From Podarcis filfolensis (lineage: Eukaryota): a stretch of DNA of 64,000 nucleotides. Below, one piece after another: positions 13,491-26,472 of the stretch; the stretch's first letter is position 1; the number at the start of each line of letters is the position of its first letter. The position numbers were made by a program, and so were the translations under genes. The notes below the pieces were generated by a model. The model did no database searches and had not been told where the DNA came from. It was given only the letters and a program-made list of their open reading frames with translations. The DNA is taken from assembly GCA_964270895.1 (NCBI GenBank), contig OZ185436.1, one strand, 5' to 3'.

Positions 13491-13496
13491 TTTATT
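13491..13496 (-). terminator. Probable KIF20A polyadenylation signal AATAAA
   Basis: First minus-strand AATAAA after the KIF20A stop (13755), followed by GU/U-rich sequence on the minus strand. Confidence 0.7.
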
Positions 13497-13513
13497 ATAC
13501 AATTAACATAGAT

Positions 13514-13519
13514 AATAAA
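13514..13519 (+). terminator. Candidate distal CDC23 polyadenylation signal AATAAA
   Basis: First canonical plus-strand AATAAA after the CDC23 stop; ATTAAA variants occur earlier at 11461, 12358, 13169. Confidence 0.45.
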
Positions 13520-13754
13520 CATTTCACATGCATAACATAAGCTATTGGAGGTGATAAACATAAGGAATATGAATCCAGGTTCCATATACACTGGAGTAGC
13601 AGCTGGCCTGAAACGGAGGGCATGCATAGTAAGTAACCATCTTTGGGAAGCCAAAGATTTAGTTAGCTCAGGCCTCAACACATTAACGTGAAGGAAAACA
13701 TTAAAGTTATCAACCGGTTGCTTGTGCCCAGGTACACTACAACCCCCCCAAAAG

Positions 13755-16700
13755 TCAGTGTTTTTTGCCAGAGGCCATGGATTTAAATGTTGGAGAGCCA
13801 CGGGCACGTAGGATACTACTATAGGGGGTCTCTATTGCTACAGCAGGCATGGCTGTAGTGCAAGTCAGGAAATTGTGCAAGAAAGGCTTCTTGAAGGGAG
13901 GTTGACTTCTGGGCTGCACATTTTCATTGTTGGCACAAAACCGTTTTTTGCTGCAAGAGGTCGGTGCTGCTTGGAGCTTCTGCACAGTGTGAAATTGCTC
14001 TGCAATACAGGCTGCTTTCTTCCGCAAATCCATCTTCACCAGCATCATGTTGTTCTGCAGCTCAGCCAAAGTCTGGTCCTGGAAAAGCCAGTGGAGTAAT
14101 TCAGTTTTATGAAGATGGAGCCGCCCCTCTTGCCAGACAGGTGCCAATCATTTCAGCCAATTACCCTGAATGTGAAGACTTCTGAAAATGCTTATGGACT
14201 CAGAAACATTACAGAGATGAAGATGACAGGTGCCTGGACCTTAACAAAGGGCCCTCTGGGACTGCTTCAACCCAGCCACCAAATCTTGTGGACTGATCTA
14301 TGACAACTGAGGGAGGAGTTGATTCTATGGTCACTACTGTTATGTGGTTGTGAGCACAAACAAACTACTCCAGAAAATGGTTTAATGTTTTTTAAAAACT
14401 GGCACAATGCTTTTATATGGGATTTCCCCCACCTCTCCCCAGCCAGTGGCATCTGTCTCCATGGACCAAAACATAAATATCAGATCTGGCACTTTCAAGC
14501 ACAATCTTGGTACAAATAAATAATAGTAGGAACAACAACAACATATTTAATTTATACAGCACACTCCATCTGAAGATCTCAGAGCAGTTTACAAGATAAA
14601 AATGGATCAAGGCACAGAACCTTAAGGACACTAAGGATTTATCTATCTATTTCATAGGTTTTCCACCATCAAATCAAAGGTCACCTTGGATATACGTGTG
14701 TGTGTTGTGCTGCTGGGTCTGAAATTTTTATGGTTCAGTCTATAGACACCAATGTAAACTGACTAAAATGGACAAAACTAAATCTTGTGTAGCAGAGCAT
14801 GCATGCCCCCTGTAAGCTGCTGAAATTTGGGAGACTCCTTCACCTACCTGCTTCGCCAGGATGTTGTCACACTTAGAGAGAGCTTCACGGAGTTTCCCGG
14901 CTCCTGTGCTGTGGCAACATGCTCTTTCGGCTGACTGGAGGGACTCCCCAAGTTTCTGCAGTTCAGATCTCAGCATCCTTACATTCTGAGAGAGGGAAGG
15001 ACAGTTAAGCACAAGGTAGCATCCAGCCCCTTAAGGAAGACTGGACTACATACAGTGGCAAGTTAGGGTTGGGGAGAACAAGAAGTTATGCACCCATTGG
15101 CAGCAGATGAAGGTTTCAGAGACAGTGCCATTCAAGCCAGGGTAAAGGAAGGAGGTTGGCAGATGCCAGGAAAGGAAGGTCTGGCAGTTACCTTTTGGCC
15201 TTCTTCCAGCTTCCGGTCCACATTTGTCGTAATGGGCTTTGAGGAAAGTGGCGGCTCCAGCATCTTCTGGTGTTTACGCAACTCTAAGGACAAACCACAG
15301 ATCATTGCAATTTAGCCCAACCGTTAAAATTATTTTTGCCAGTCCTCAATACAAGAGCTGAATTCTTAAATGTGCAATGCTGAACATACTCCCCAAGAAC
15401 TGCCAGGCTACCCAGGCCTTTTCCCACACTCTTCAGTTTAAGGAGTTATGTTTCAAGGCAGATTTGAACCCCGACAATGCTATTTTTAGAGAAGTTGTGC
15501 ATTGCTTTAATCCCCTTCCTTCTGCTACAGAGCCATGTCCTATAGCAATAATGCATTTTGGAAGTCTGGCCAGGTCAGAGGAGAGCAAAATAGTTTACCC
15601 TACAATGGGAAACGGTGAAGATTTAGAAAATACACTGCCAGACTAGAGACACTAAACACAAACATAGGAATGAGCTATATTTTCCAGGTTCTTCTCTGCA
15701 TCACAGTCTATTGTGATCAGATAATCCCAGCTTCGATTTTATTATGTCTCTAGCCCTCATGCTTGTGGGGGGCGGGGAGCATTTGAAGGCTGACAACTGG
15801 GTGGGATCCTAATAGTCAAGGGGACTTTATCCCCCTTCTTTGGCTTTCACCACCTATTTCAGGGCTACGAACTCAAGTATTTCAATTGTCTTGTAAAGAA
15901 ACATGCTCAAAGAAATTTATAATTTGATCAAAGTGCATAATTTTGGTAGAGCATTTAAAATATTAAGCAAAAATGGCCTTAAATCAATTTTTTGGATTCT
16001 CCCCCCCCCTCTAATTTTGACCTCTGTCAGGTGGGAACCTGCCGTATTTAAAAAGTACAGTGGTACCTCTGGTTACGTACTTAATTCGTTCCGGAGGTCC
16101 GTTCTTAACCTGAAACTGTTATTAACCTGAAGCACCACTTTAGTTAATGGGGCCTCCTGCTGCTGCCGCACCGCTGGAGCACGATTTATGTTCTCATCCT
16201 GAAGCAAATTTCTTAACCCGAGGTACTATTTCTGGGTTAGCGGATCTGTAACCTGAAGCGTATGTAACCCAAGGTACCACTATATTTAATATTAAGTCTC
16301 CATTCCTTGTACTTCTTGCAACATGCAACCGTTTTTCAGAGATAAAGATGGGGAATGCATGCAAAGCTTTTCGTGTTCCCTCCCAGGTACCTCCACTTTA
16401 AAAGTCATATATCGGTGGATGGGAAAGACAAAACTGGTCCCATGGCCTGACCTGTTATAATACAGCTTCTTAAAAGGAGACCTGCTCTCAAGGAGGAGCA
16501 GGGGTCCCACACTAATAATAGTCAGGCAGATATCCTAGGTGTGCTTTAACATTTCATGGCAGCTCACTGAGAAGCCAAGGTTCCCAAACGCTAGGTCAGC
16601 TTTCAGTTCACTAGACTGATGCTGCGCAGTCTGATCTCTTGACAACCACCTGCTTGGAGCCCATGCGACTACAAGGGGGAGAAGGCCTCACCTTCTGCAG

Positions 16701-19700
16701 TTCTTTGCAGCTCTGCTTGACACTGCTCTAACTTGGCTTTTGCCTGCAGCAATTCCTGATTCTGGGCAGGCGTTGCTGCTGCCAGTCGTTTGGATTTGCG
16801 AGGAGTCTGCTCCGGATCTGCCTCCTTTCTCTCTTGGAGCTGCTGTTGCCGTTTTGCTTCTTGCAAGGCATCCTGCAGCTCTTTTATCTTTTCATCCTGA
16901 CTCTGAGGGAGACAAACAAGACAAATTACAGGAAGGGCTCTGTTTGGGAAGGTGCAGCCTGCCAACTTGAGATGAGAATGAGCAGCAGCAGCAGAAGATA
17001 AGCTGATCAAACTTCCCCAGAATCTCCTGTAGTAGGAATGGGGAACCGGCAACTACTCTCTGGTTGTTACTGGACCACAGCTTCCATCACTCCTGGAGAA
17101 CTGGAGCCCAACAACATCTGGAAGGGCCATAGGTTACCATCCCTGTCCTGCAGGGTTGTGAGATTCTCATTTGGGCAGACTCTCATGCACCCAGAAATCC
17201 ATGGCAGAGCCAAAAGTTTCAGTGCCAAGTGTGCAAAGGATTCCACAAATGCGCCTGCATACAGAACCTATCAAATCACATTTGTAGTTCACTCCTCCAA
17301 GGGTTTTAGGTGGCAACACACACAAACCTCTTGCATATTTATTTATAAGCCTTCAGTAGGCTGTTTGGGAGATAGCATCTTCGCAGATCAGATCTGTTCC
17401 ACGTACATATGGAAAGCATTTTTCCCCAGCATTCTCCGGTTATATGAAAATGTTCCTGAACTGTGCACAGGTCACTCCTGCTTGCCCAGAGACAGAGACA
17501 TGGTTTCTGACCATGGAACCCTCAGACACCCTCATTGAGCCCCCCAAACACCCTTTGCTCTTCCTGAATTGCTTCAATTGTCTTTTTAAAGGGCTTTTTT
17601 GTGGGGGTTGCCTTATTTTGGGGTGTATGGCATGCTTTTGCCTGTCTTCGTTTTGGGGAGCATGGTGTAGGTGTTTTGGGGGTTCTGAGAACTGGCAAGT
17701 GTTTTTTCTTTCTTTATGTAAAATGGCTTTTGATTATTGCCCATGACAGTTTCTGAGATTTCCAAATGTGCCCCTGGTTCCAAAAACGTTGGGGTGTCCC
17801 TGGCATAAGCTTTCATGGACTTAGAGCGCACATTTGATGACACGTATGCTGTTATAAATTTGTTAAATCTTTTAAAAGATATCATGAGCCCCTGCAGTTT
17901 TGCGGATGCCAATAAAACTGGGTGCCTTGCTTCAAGTCAGTGCTAAGGTTTGGAACTGCAATGTCCTACCCTCGGGAAACCCTCCAGCACCTCCTTCCCA
18001 CAGCTCTTTCACCCCACGCACCTCAATCTTCTCCTGATAGTAGTCTGTAAGTGACTCCTTCAGACTGTTCAGTTTCTCCTCATAAACGTCCTCCAGCATC
18101 TCCTTTTGGATGTCCACATGCTCACTGCAGAGAGGAAGGTGAAAGTGGGTGGGCAGGGAAAGAGTCATATCAAGAACAGACAAGATGTGGGGTGGACTGC
18201 CAAGGCCCAATCCTGGAGAGGAGGAGACGTGCCTCCACAGCCCTCTGCCACCAACAGTACCTGGTCCACTGTTCCTTCTTCTGTAGGAGATCCATCATCT
18301 CATTGCAGATCTCATCGCGGAGACGCATTTCCAGCTGAAACTTCTCCTGCCGCTCTTTCAGCAGAAGGTCTCGCACAGCTTCAACCACACGCAACAGGTC
18401 CTGAAGGAAGAGAGGAAAGGAACGTGACAACTAGGGTGGATTTACACACAGGAATAAAACGCTGTAAGTCATAAATTCAATCATTCAACAAAATTTTTAA
18501 AAACCCTGTATGTAAAATCCCATAGAAAAGTTTTGTGCTCTCCAGCGCCATCTGGTGTTGCATGTTTATAACGCATTTAAAATGCAGGTTGTTAACTAAT
18601 GTAGCTGAGTCCCAGGTTTTCCAGAACAGTCAAGATGAGGAATTGCCCCAGAGATCCAAGCATTACCACAGCTACTCAATTTTTAATGGGCAAGTAAGAA
18701 TCCAAAGGAGGTTTTGGGGCCTAGCGGTAACTGGCTATCATTGCATCAGACAGCTTTCCATTTTTTCCTGCGTGAGGGCACAGAATTTTTGAACCTCAGT
18801 TGACACTTCATGGTCTATTCTTGGCTGGGTCCATAAGAGGTTTTCTGACTGCTCCAGTCTACCAAAGGACCCTGCCAATGGGAGACTTTCTCAGTGAGTG
18901 ACAGACAAACGAGCACTTGCCTCTTTGTCATATGTGGTCACATCCATTTCATCCTCGCTCTCTTCGTCCGATTCAGCTTCTTGATACAGGACTTCTGCAG
19001 GGATCTTCTTCCCCCGGAGGCTGTGCTCCTTGATGAGAGACTGAATCGACAGGAGCTTTGTAGGAGCTTGTAGGATCTGGAAGGTATACAAAGTGTTGCT
19101 GTTGGCATATTCCAAAGAGCAATGGGCACATCCCAGCCAGGCAAAAGCACCTGAGGATAGCACAGGGGTGTGTGGCCTAGGGAGAATCCCAGGGCCAAGG
19201 CAGAGGCCTGCATCTGGCCCTCGCTTTCCCACCCATGTGCTACAGCCTTATGTGTAACCTAGCCAGTTTAACACATTGTCGGAAATTCTCCTGCCCCAGT
19301 TGATATCCATGCCTGGAGGTTAATAAGCCACATCTAGCCCTCCCTAGAAGTACAATCAGCTATCTGTCCTTCCTCATACTATGGAAAGTCTGTTTCTTCC
19401 CTGGCAAGGATTGAGATATACCATATTCCCTAATCTTGCCCGTTTCTCCGCTCTCTTGCAGCCAACCAGCTGTGCTAAATAGCACACCAGCATCCAAGGG
19501 TCCTTCAGAGAGGGAATTGCAGGTGCTGCTGAACTTAGCCAAAGGTTGCCAAGGTAAGGTGTGGAGAAGATACTGGAGAAGAGAGGCTGGGGTCTGGGGG
19601 CTTATTAGTTTGTTTCCATTCTTGTTTTTATTATGCATTTTGCATTTTTATGTCGTGGACTGCCTTGAGATCTACAGGCAAAGTGCAGTAAACAAATGCA

Positions 19701-22700
19701 ATAAATACAAATAAATAGGTACGTTTCTGAGCACAATTCAAAGTATTGGTGTTGACCTTTAAACCCTAAACTGCCTCGACTCAGTATACCTGAAGGAGCA
19801 TCTCCACCCCCATTGTTCAGCTCATACACCAAGGTCTAGCACTGAGGGCCTTCTGGCGGTTCCCTCCCAGCGAGAAGTGAGGTTACAGGGAACCAGGCAG
19901 AGGGCCTTCTCGGTAGTGGTGCCTGCCCTGTGGAACGCCCTCCCTTCAGATGTCAAGGAAATAAACAATTATCTGACTTTTAGAAGAAATCTGAAGGCAG
20001 CCCTGTTTAGGGTAGTTTTTAATGTTTGATGTTTTATCGTGTTTTTAATATTCTGTTGGGAGTTGGGGAAACCCAGCCAGATGGGTGGGGTATAAATAAT
20101 AAATTAATAATAAATTATTATTATTATCATAATTATAGGAAAGAAAATGGGGAAACACGTAAGAGGTGTAGGAGAGAGAGTACAAGTGTAACAAGCACAC
20201 TTTGGGGTACACCGGGGGGAGGGGAAGGGAGAAGAGAGAGAGAGGAGGGATTAGCAGTGAAACTTCAAAGGCCAGCCAACATTTATGGAACCTTGCAGGC
20301 ACCTAGTTTCACCTTCAACAACTTTGTGTCTCACCTGACTAGCAATAGCTGAAAACTTAGCCACGTGAAGAGTCTCATAGTACGATGAAGCACATGGGTT
20401 GATATTAACAATCATACAGGACTGCCCACGTCCTGTGAAGAAGCCTTGAAACACACGGGTGAGCTTGCTGTCCCGGAAGGGAACCACACTCTGCTTCAGC
20501 CTGTTAAGGATACAGGAAGAGGATTTAAGCCCCAGAAATGGAGCAGAAAAGCAGCAACCATAGCCGGCACCTCACCTGCCGGGAATCAAATTCGACAAAC
20601 CCTACACACAACCAGCAACATCTCAAGTTGGAGAGGACATGCTACAGGAAGCGCTCCTTGCTGGGTTCAAGTCAGAGCTATGAGGAGCTGTCAGACTGAG
20701 AGCTAGGAAGAGCTTTACCTGGTCTGCTGGTTCTGGCGCAGCAAAGTGAGGCAACGCCCCAACGTGTGCAGGGAGGTGTTGATGTTATTTGCCTCTTTCA
20801 GGCGGTCCCCGACTCTCTGTTCTTTGCAGCGCTCTGAGCCGGCCAGGTCACAGAGGGACATCCTGGGGAGGAGGGAGGGTGGTGTCAGTATCAGGATACA
20901 GGAAGTCTAATCCTACCAGACCCAAGTGTTGCATTCTTCAGGTTAGAAATCCTGCACACCAGACATGTCAACCACTGCCAAATACACCAACTAAAACCTG
21001 TTAATTCAGCGCTATGGAAGATTTAGGTTGCTCTGCTTCAGGTAAGCAAAACGGGGGACTAATTACAGATTTTCATTCCAGGTCTGGCACATTGCAGGGA
21101 TACCGGAAAAGCCCCTGAAAGCTTTACACTGACACATACAGTGGGCGTCTGTCTGAGAAGTACCCATTGTGACTAGGGAGGGGGGGGGACACTCTCCCAC
21201 ACACCCCATTTGCCCTTCTGAACTCCCCTACCCTTAAATGAGATTGCCCTTCAGCCAACTGACAGGGAAACTCATAATTCTGCCCTTCACTGCATGCAAA
21301 AACTTTGACTTACTCGCTGATCTTTGGCTCCATCCCACTGCTGCTTTCCTGGAGGTGCAGAATGCGAATGGAGAAAATGCTGTGACTGCAAAGAGCAAAA
21401 GAGTAATGAAAACCAGTAGCTTGGGCTCAGATTGTCACCCCCATTCCCTATCTCATAGACACCCACTTGCCCTCCTGCCACCATGCGCTTTGTTTTCTTG
21501 TGCGAAAGACATGTTTTGCCAATCCTGAGACATGCACTTTCACCCCACCCCTCCGCTAATAAATAAAATTATGGTGCTGTTACAGACCTGCGGCTAGAAT
21601 GCTGGTTCATGTGGGTGCTGGCAACGCTCTGATTTCTCCTGCCCAGTTTCAGCAGTTTCCAGGCCTCAGCAGCATCTTGAACATTGATCCAGTTCAGATC
21701 TGGGAACAGGAATATGTGGCTTCAGGCTTCACATCTCTACGAGGGATCACCCTCAGCAAGCAGACAAGACCCTATTCCGTTACACAGCCCATGTTACCAA
21801 TGCTGCCACCCACAGACTGCCAGTGGATCAAGCTATGGGAAAACCGCTGGCTGGGTAAGCTGGCCAGTCTCTACCTTTGACGTAGGGGTTGCCGGTCTGA
21901 TCTTCGCACAGCCGCAAGCTGGGCCTCTTGCAGTTTGGGCCAAGTGTGGTCGTCTCCAGCAAGTCATAAATCTGTTCATTGTAGATCTCAAAGAAGGAGA
22001 CCCAGATGGAAAACTGCACATCGTCTTGTGCCAGCACTGAGACATTATCTGGGTCAGCCCAGCGAGGCCCTGTCTCTGTCAATGAAAGCCAAACGTGTAT
22101 ATTGCCAGTGATTGCCACAGCTGAAATTCATCCAAAAGACACAATGTCCCTTCCCAATGCCCTCGCCTGGCTCCCCATTAACTTTATAACTCCCCCCCCC
22201 CTTTTAACACACAGCAGTTGCCCTGTTAAAGAAGGCCATAGGCATCTCCCTTTGCAAAATTTCTCACATGCCTCTGAATCTGCCTTGATTTTAAGTCTCC
22301 TATAAGTCCCTTCATTGCTAGCCCACTCACTCTTCTGGAGGCCTTTGCATGCCCTCACTGGTGTGAAATTCAGAGAGTGATAAAATACAAATCTACTGAA
22401 TGGTAAATAAGATTTTAGCAACAGTCCAGCTTTCTGCTTTATAGTTAGTGACAGAAGACTGGCTTTGGCCATCAAGCAATGGCCAAGCCAAAAGCGATTT
22501 GAGGGAGTATTTTACAAGCCCCTCCAGAGGAAGCCCAAAGACCCTCTCCTGTAAAGCCCATCAATGAGTCCCCATAAACCACCTCAACATTGTTATAAAA
22601 TTGATATATGGATGCTATCACTAGATATCCCCCCCTTGCTCTCTTGTGGGTTGGGTGGCCCTATCTATTTTGAGATTCCACACCTCTTGAGGTACTTCTC

Positions 22701-24794
22701 AGCTTTGATCGTGACAATTAGAAAACCACCTGTCCCCAAACAGGTGGCTCAGGGCAGTAGGTACCTTCTAGCTGGCTGGTGCTTGTCAGGTTGGCAGACT
22801 GGCAGCTGTAAGAGAGGCCACCTAAGCCACTGTCAATGCTTCCGCTTGTGCCTGCTTGCAGCTGGGATGCTGTGCTGTGACTTCTATTCAGAGAAGTATA
22901 CAGCTCCTCCTGTAATTCCAAAGGAAGGAAGGAAGACCACTGAGTTGCTGATCAGGGCATTTTTCTCCTTATAACAAGAGACTCGACGAACGGGAGGGAC
23001 ACTCACCTCCTTCATCTTGCCGCAAAGCAGGGCCTGCTTTTTCATTTCCTCCTGTCGAACCTGCTTGCTGTCCAGCCAGGTCACCTCACTCGAGAGGAAG
23101 GGCTTCAGATCCATGGCCCGGTACAACCGCGTCCCAATACTATTGAAAATGATGGCCAGGGAGCGAGGCAGGATCCCCGCATCAGCACCACTACCTGCAA
23201 GTCAAAGAAGAAGTGAGCAGACACTGAGACAAGTGTCCCCCGCCACTAGGCAGAGGTGCTTGCCTGAACCAGCACAGACTGAGTGCTTCTTACCCTGGAT
23301 GGTGTAAGTCTTCCCTGAATTAGTGACGCCATAGGTATAAACCAGCCAGTTCTGCCCATGGAGCACACCCTTCACCACATCCTTCATCGTTGCATCAAAG
23401 AAAGCCGCCTGGCCCACCTCTGGACCAAAGATCTGCAACCCCAAATGTTACAGGTTAGTTCCTTTAGAGAGCAGAGAAAGGGAACCTGGGGCCTTCCAGA
23501 CATTGTTGAACTACAACTTCCATTAACCTTGACCATTGGCAGTGCTGGCTAGGGCTGATGGGAGTTGCTGATATGAGGCAGGCCATACATTCCCCCTCAG
23601 GGGGTTAGAGTTAGGCAGTAAAACAAAGAGGGGAAGGGTTTCCCCTGCTTCTCCACTTTTTCCTTAGTGGAGCCCTGCAAAATCCTTAAAAAAAAAAACT
23701 GGTGTCCATGTTGAATCCTACATAAACCCAAGATCCAAGTATGTACCTGAGTGAAGGTGAATTTGTGCACCGCCTGACCAAGCCCCCGTTCAATGTTTCT
23801 CATGGTGAAGGAATCCTTTGGTGCTTTGAGAAGAAGGGTCTCGGAATCGTCAATACAGGCGCAGCCCTAGAGAGGACAGTTAACATTCTGCGTTCAACAT
23901 TATTTGCCACAGCAGGAGCACCCCCGGATACTAGTTTAAACATTTGTGGCTTCCCCCAAAGAATTATGGGAGCTGTGTTGTTGTTTTTTTAAAAGGTGCT
24001 GAGAGTCGTTAAGAGCCCCTATTCCCTTCACAGAGCTACAGTTACCAGAATGGCTTAACAATCAATCCTTCTTTATAAGGAACTCGGGCAATTGTAGCTT
24101 GATGAGGAGGATAGGCTGGGGCCAGGGTGCTCTTCCCCTTGCCAGAGAGGGAAAGGGGGCAACCTCCTGGTGTGATTATACCTCTGGATAAGGGCAGAGA
24201 CCAGTGTCTATCCGCTCCCAGGAGATTGGCAAAAGCACCCCCCCACCTTAGATGCTGGCCCATGCATTGCCTATAAACTCACTTTATCTTCCTGTTTCTC
24301 CATCTCGGCTAGTGTCAGGGGTCGCACTCTTGCATATACCTTCACTTTTCCATTGTCATCAGAAGCGGCCTGTGGAGAAGTCACATGTGACTTTTAGGTT
24401 CATACTTAGGAGAGTTAGGCAATACTAGCCCATTCGTTTTGTTGTTTTTTTAATTGTTTTGAAACCAGACCAGAGGTAGCCAATCAGATGCTTTTCAGAC
24501 GCTGTTGGTCTACAGCTCCATCTTTCCCAACCATGGGTCCTGCTGGACAGGGCTGATGGGCAGCTGCAGTCCAACCATATTAAAGAGCGTCACATTGGCT
24601 ACCCCCGAGGGAGCACAAACAAGGGTTTTAGTTCTTCACCTCACTGCTCTTACCTGCTCACTGCTTGAAGAGATGGCAGAGAACTCCGCCAAGAGGTCTC
24701 GGCACAAGCCAGCCCCACATTCTGCCACAGTGGACTCCAGCACAGGAGAAGTGACAGCTTCTTCATCAGATAACAGCCCTACTGGGGAGGCCAT
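13755..24794 (-). CDS. KIF20A: Kinesin-6 family motor KIF20A (MKLP2); 18 coding exons, 892 aa
   Basis: Exons 24654-24794, 24283-24369, 23747-23866, 23294-23432, 23007-23194, 22765-22909, 21875-22075, 21588-21699, 21314-21385, 20719-20862, 20335-20500, 18921-19076 (GC donor), 18261-18400, 18022-18124, 16692-16902, 15192-15283, 14848-14985, 13755-14078; sum 2679 nt in frame. P-loop GVTNSGKT, switch I SSRSHS, switch II DLAGSE, PFRDSKLT, coiled coil, tail DQTLAELQNNMMLVKMDLRKKAACIAEQ. Confidence 0.97.
16058..16282. mobile_element. Tc1/mariner (Tigger-like) MITE in a KIF20A intron
   Basis: TA-CAGTGGTACCTC ... AAGGTACCACTA-TA; internal sequence close to 3428-3650. Confidence 0.88.
19736..20136 (+). 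mobile_element. L2-clade LINE 3' fragment with (ATT)n tail
   Basis: ORF2 C-terminal remnant (FKVLVLTFK-like) plus 3' UTR shared with 57631 and 62318; ends TAAATAATAAA(TTA)n. Confidence 0.85.
23479..23572. mobile_element. Degenerate palindromic hAT-type MITE (ACTACAACTYCC / GGGAGTTG family); related fragments near 490-580, 37610-37680, 51360-51490, 59790-59900
   Basis: Internal inverted motif AACTACAACTTCC ... GATGGGAGTTG and GGGAACCT TIR-like end recurring in the window. Confidence 0.55.
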
Positions 24795-24980
24795 AGCGGC
24801 TACACACTGATGCTGCAAGAGAAGCCCATCATAGGATGAGGAATAGAAAAAGAAGCGCAAGTTCCACTGCCAGACTTTGCCACTGGTTTCCAGGTTCCTT
24901 GCCACTTCTAAATAAATTATAACAACACTTCCTATAACTGCAAAATGTGTGATGCCTATGATAAGGATATAATCTTGGGG

Positions 24981-25651
24981 TACAATACTGAAATCGTTTC
25001 CCAGCTTCGCTAGGGCCTAGCCCTGCGGGTTCTGAATCGGTCAGGTTCAAGCAAGCAACCACAGCCGGGCAAATCGAAGCAAAACAGTGGCTAGAAGCCT
25101 TGATCGCTTTATTGTTGCAGCAAGGTTTTAATTCCCAAACTAAAACAAGGAAGAAGAAGCCCAGAACAAAGGGCACATGGCTTCTTAAGAATTCCCAAAA
25201 TTTCCCATAATACATTTCACAAAGCAGCATCAAAACATAGGTATGTCCCAGACAGAAACCTGAGATCCAGACATGCCCCTGTCAACCATGCATGGTTCGA
25301 GTACCCACTACACACAATGAGAGTATTTACATATCCCCTTGTTAGGAAAACATCCCTCTGCACCTTTATTTGTTCTTCCTGGGTCTCATTTCCCTCTGAT
25401 AACACCTAATCTGGCCCCTTTGTCAGGGCTGTTAACTGTGTGATGATACATGATGATACATCTTGAAAATTATGGAGTCCCTGTTCTATTCATGCCATGA
25501 GTCAGGTCCCTTCCCCTCCATCCTTGGAACACAATTTTATTACCTTTTGGAACTGAATAAAACCATCTACTTGACTATTTTTGGTGAATTTCTATGTTTC
25601 AGAAAATGGGGTTTCCTTGCCTTATTGTGGCGCTGGGAGCCCAGTATAACA
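24981..25651 (-). mobile_element. Possible solo-LTR remnant in KIF20A intron 1
   Basis: Minus strand begins TGTTATACTG, has AATAAA at 25113-25108 and CpG-containing U5-like sequence; far end and TSD not resolved. Confidence 0.35.
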
Positions 25652-26472
25652 GAGCAAAGTGTATAGAAGCCAGTGGTAGTGTGTGCCCATCTGGGCCCAG
25701 TATTGCCTGTTCTACCTGCTGAGAGCAGCTCTCGAGGTTTCAGAGAGCATCTTTCCCAGTCTGCGCACTACCTGAGGATGTCAGGGACTGAACCTGGGAC
25801 GTTCTGTATTCAACACACGTGGTCTCTTCCAACCAAGGGGACTGCCCTTAAGTACACTCCCAACCACATATCCTCAGAAATAAATCCACTGGGGCTTAGT
25901 TCCAAGGAAGTGGGGTTAGCGAAAACACTATCATGTGGGCACTTTGTTTCGTTATGGAAGTGCTAGCAAGTGCATTGTTTGGTTCAGACAGGATTGTAGC
26001 AGCAACGAATGTGACCTTCGTGCAAGCGTAGCTTCTTTAACCAGCTTCTGCAAAGGGTTGTTTAAAAAGAACATGCCACTCTACCTAATCTGCCTTTGGG
26101 ATCCACCTCTTCCTTTCCCTATGAGAGCAACTTAATTCAGGGAGAATTCAGGAGACCCGCCTCAAGCCTAGCGTCTGGAACGTATCTTCCAGGTCCCATA
26201 AGAGGAATTGAAATAAGGTGGGTAAATAAATGCCTAGAATTACGAATACGACTGGCAACCTAGTGAAAGGGGGAGGTTTTCACGAGTACCCAAAATGAGA
26301 CATGCTCAGCGCTCACATTAGGAGGGGCAGCGGGAGACTTAAATCACCCGCCGTGGCCGTTGCAGAAGTAAAGGCGCAGCTCACGCCCGAGCCTCGTTCT
26401 CCCCGACACCAGTAGCAAGGATTGAGTCCAAAGCAATTCTCCCCCGACTGCCGCGTTTCTCCCCCCTCTCAC

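Noticed and set aside
17038-17538. 166-aa plus-strand ORF antisense in a KIF20A intron
   Set aside because: No recognisable domain; partly overlaps repeat-like sequence; chance ORF.
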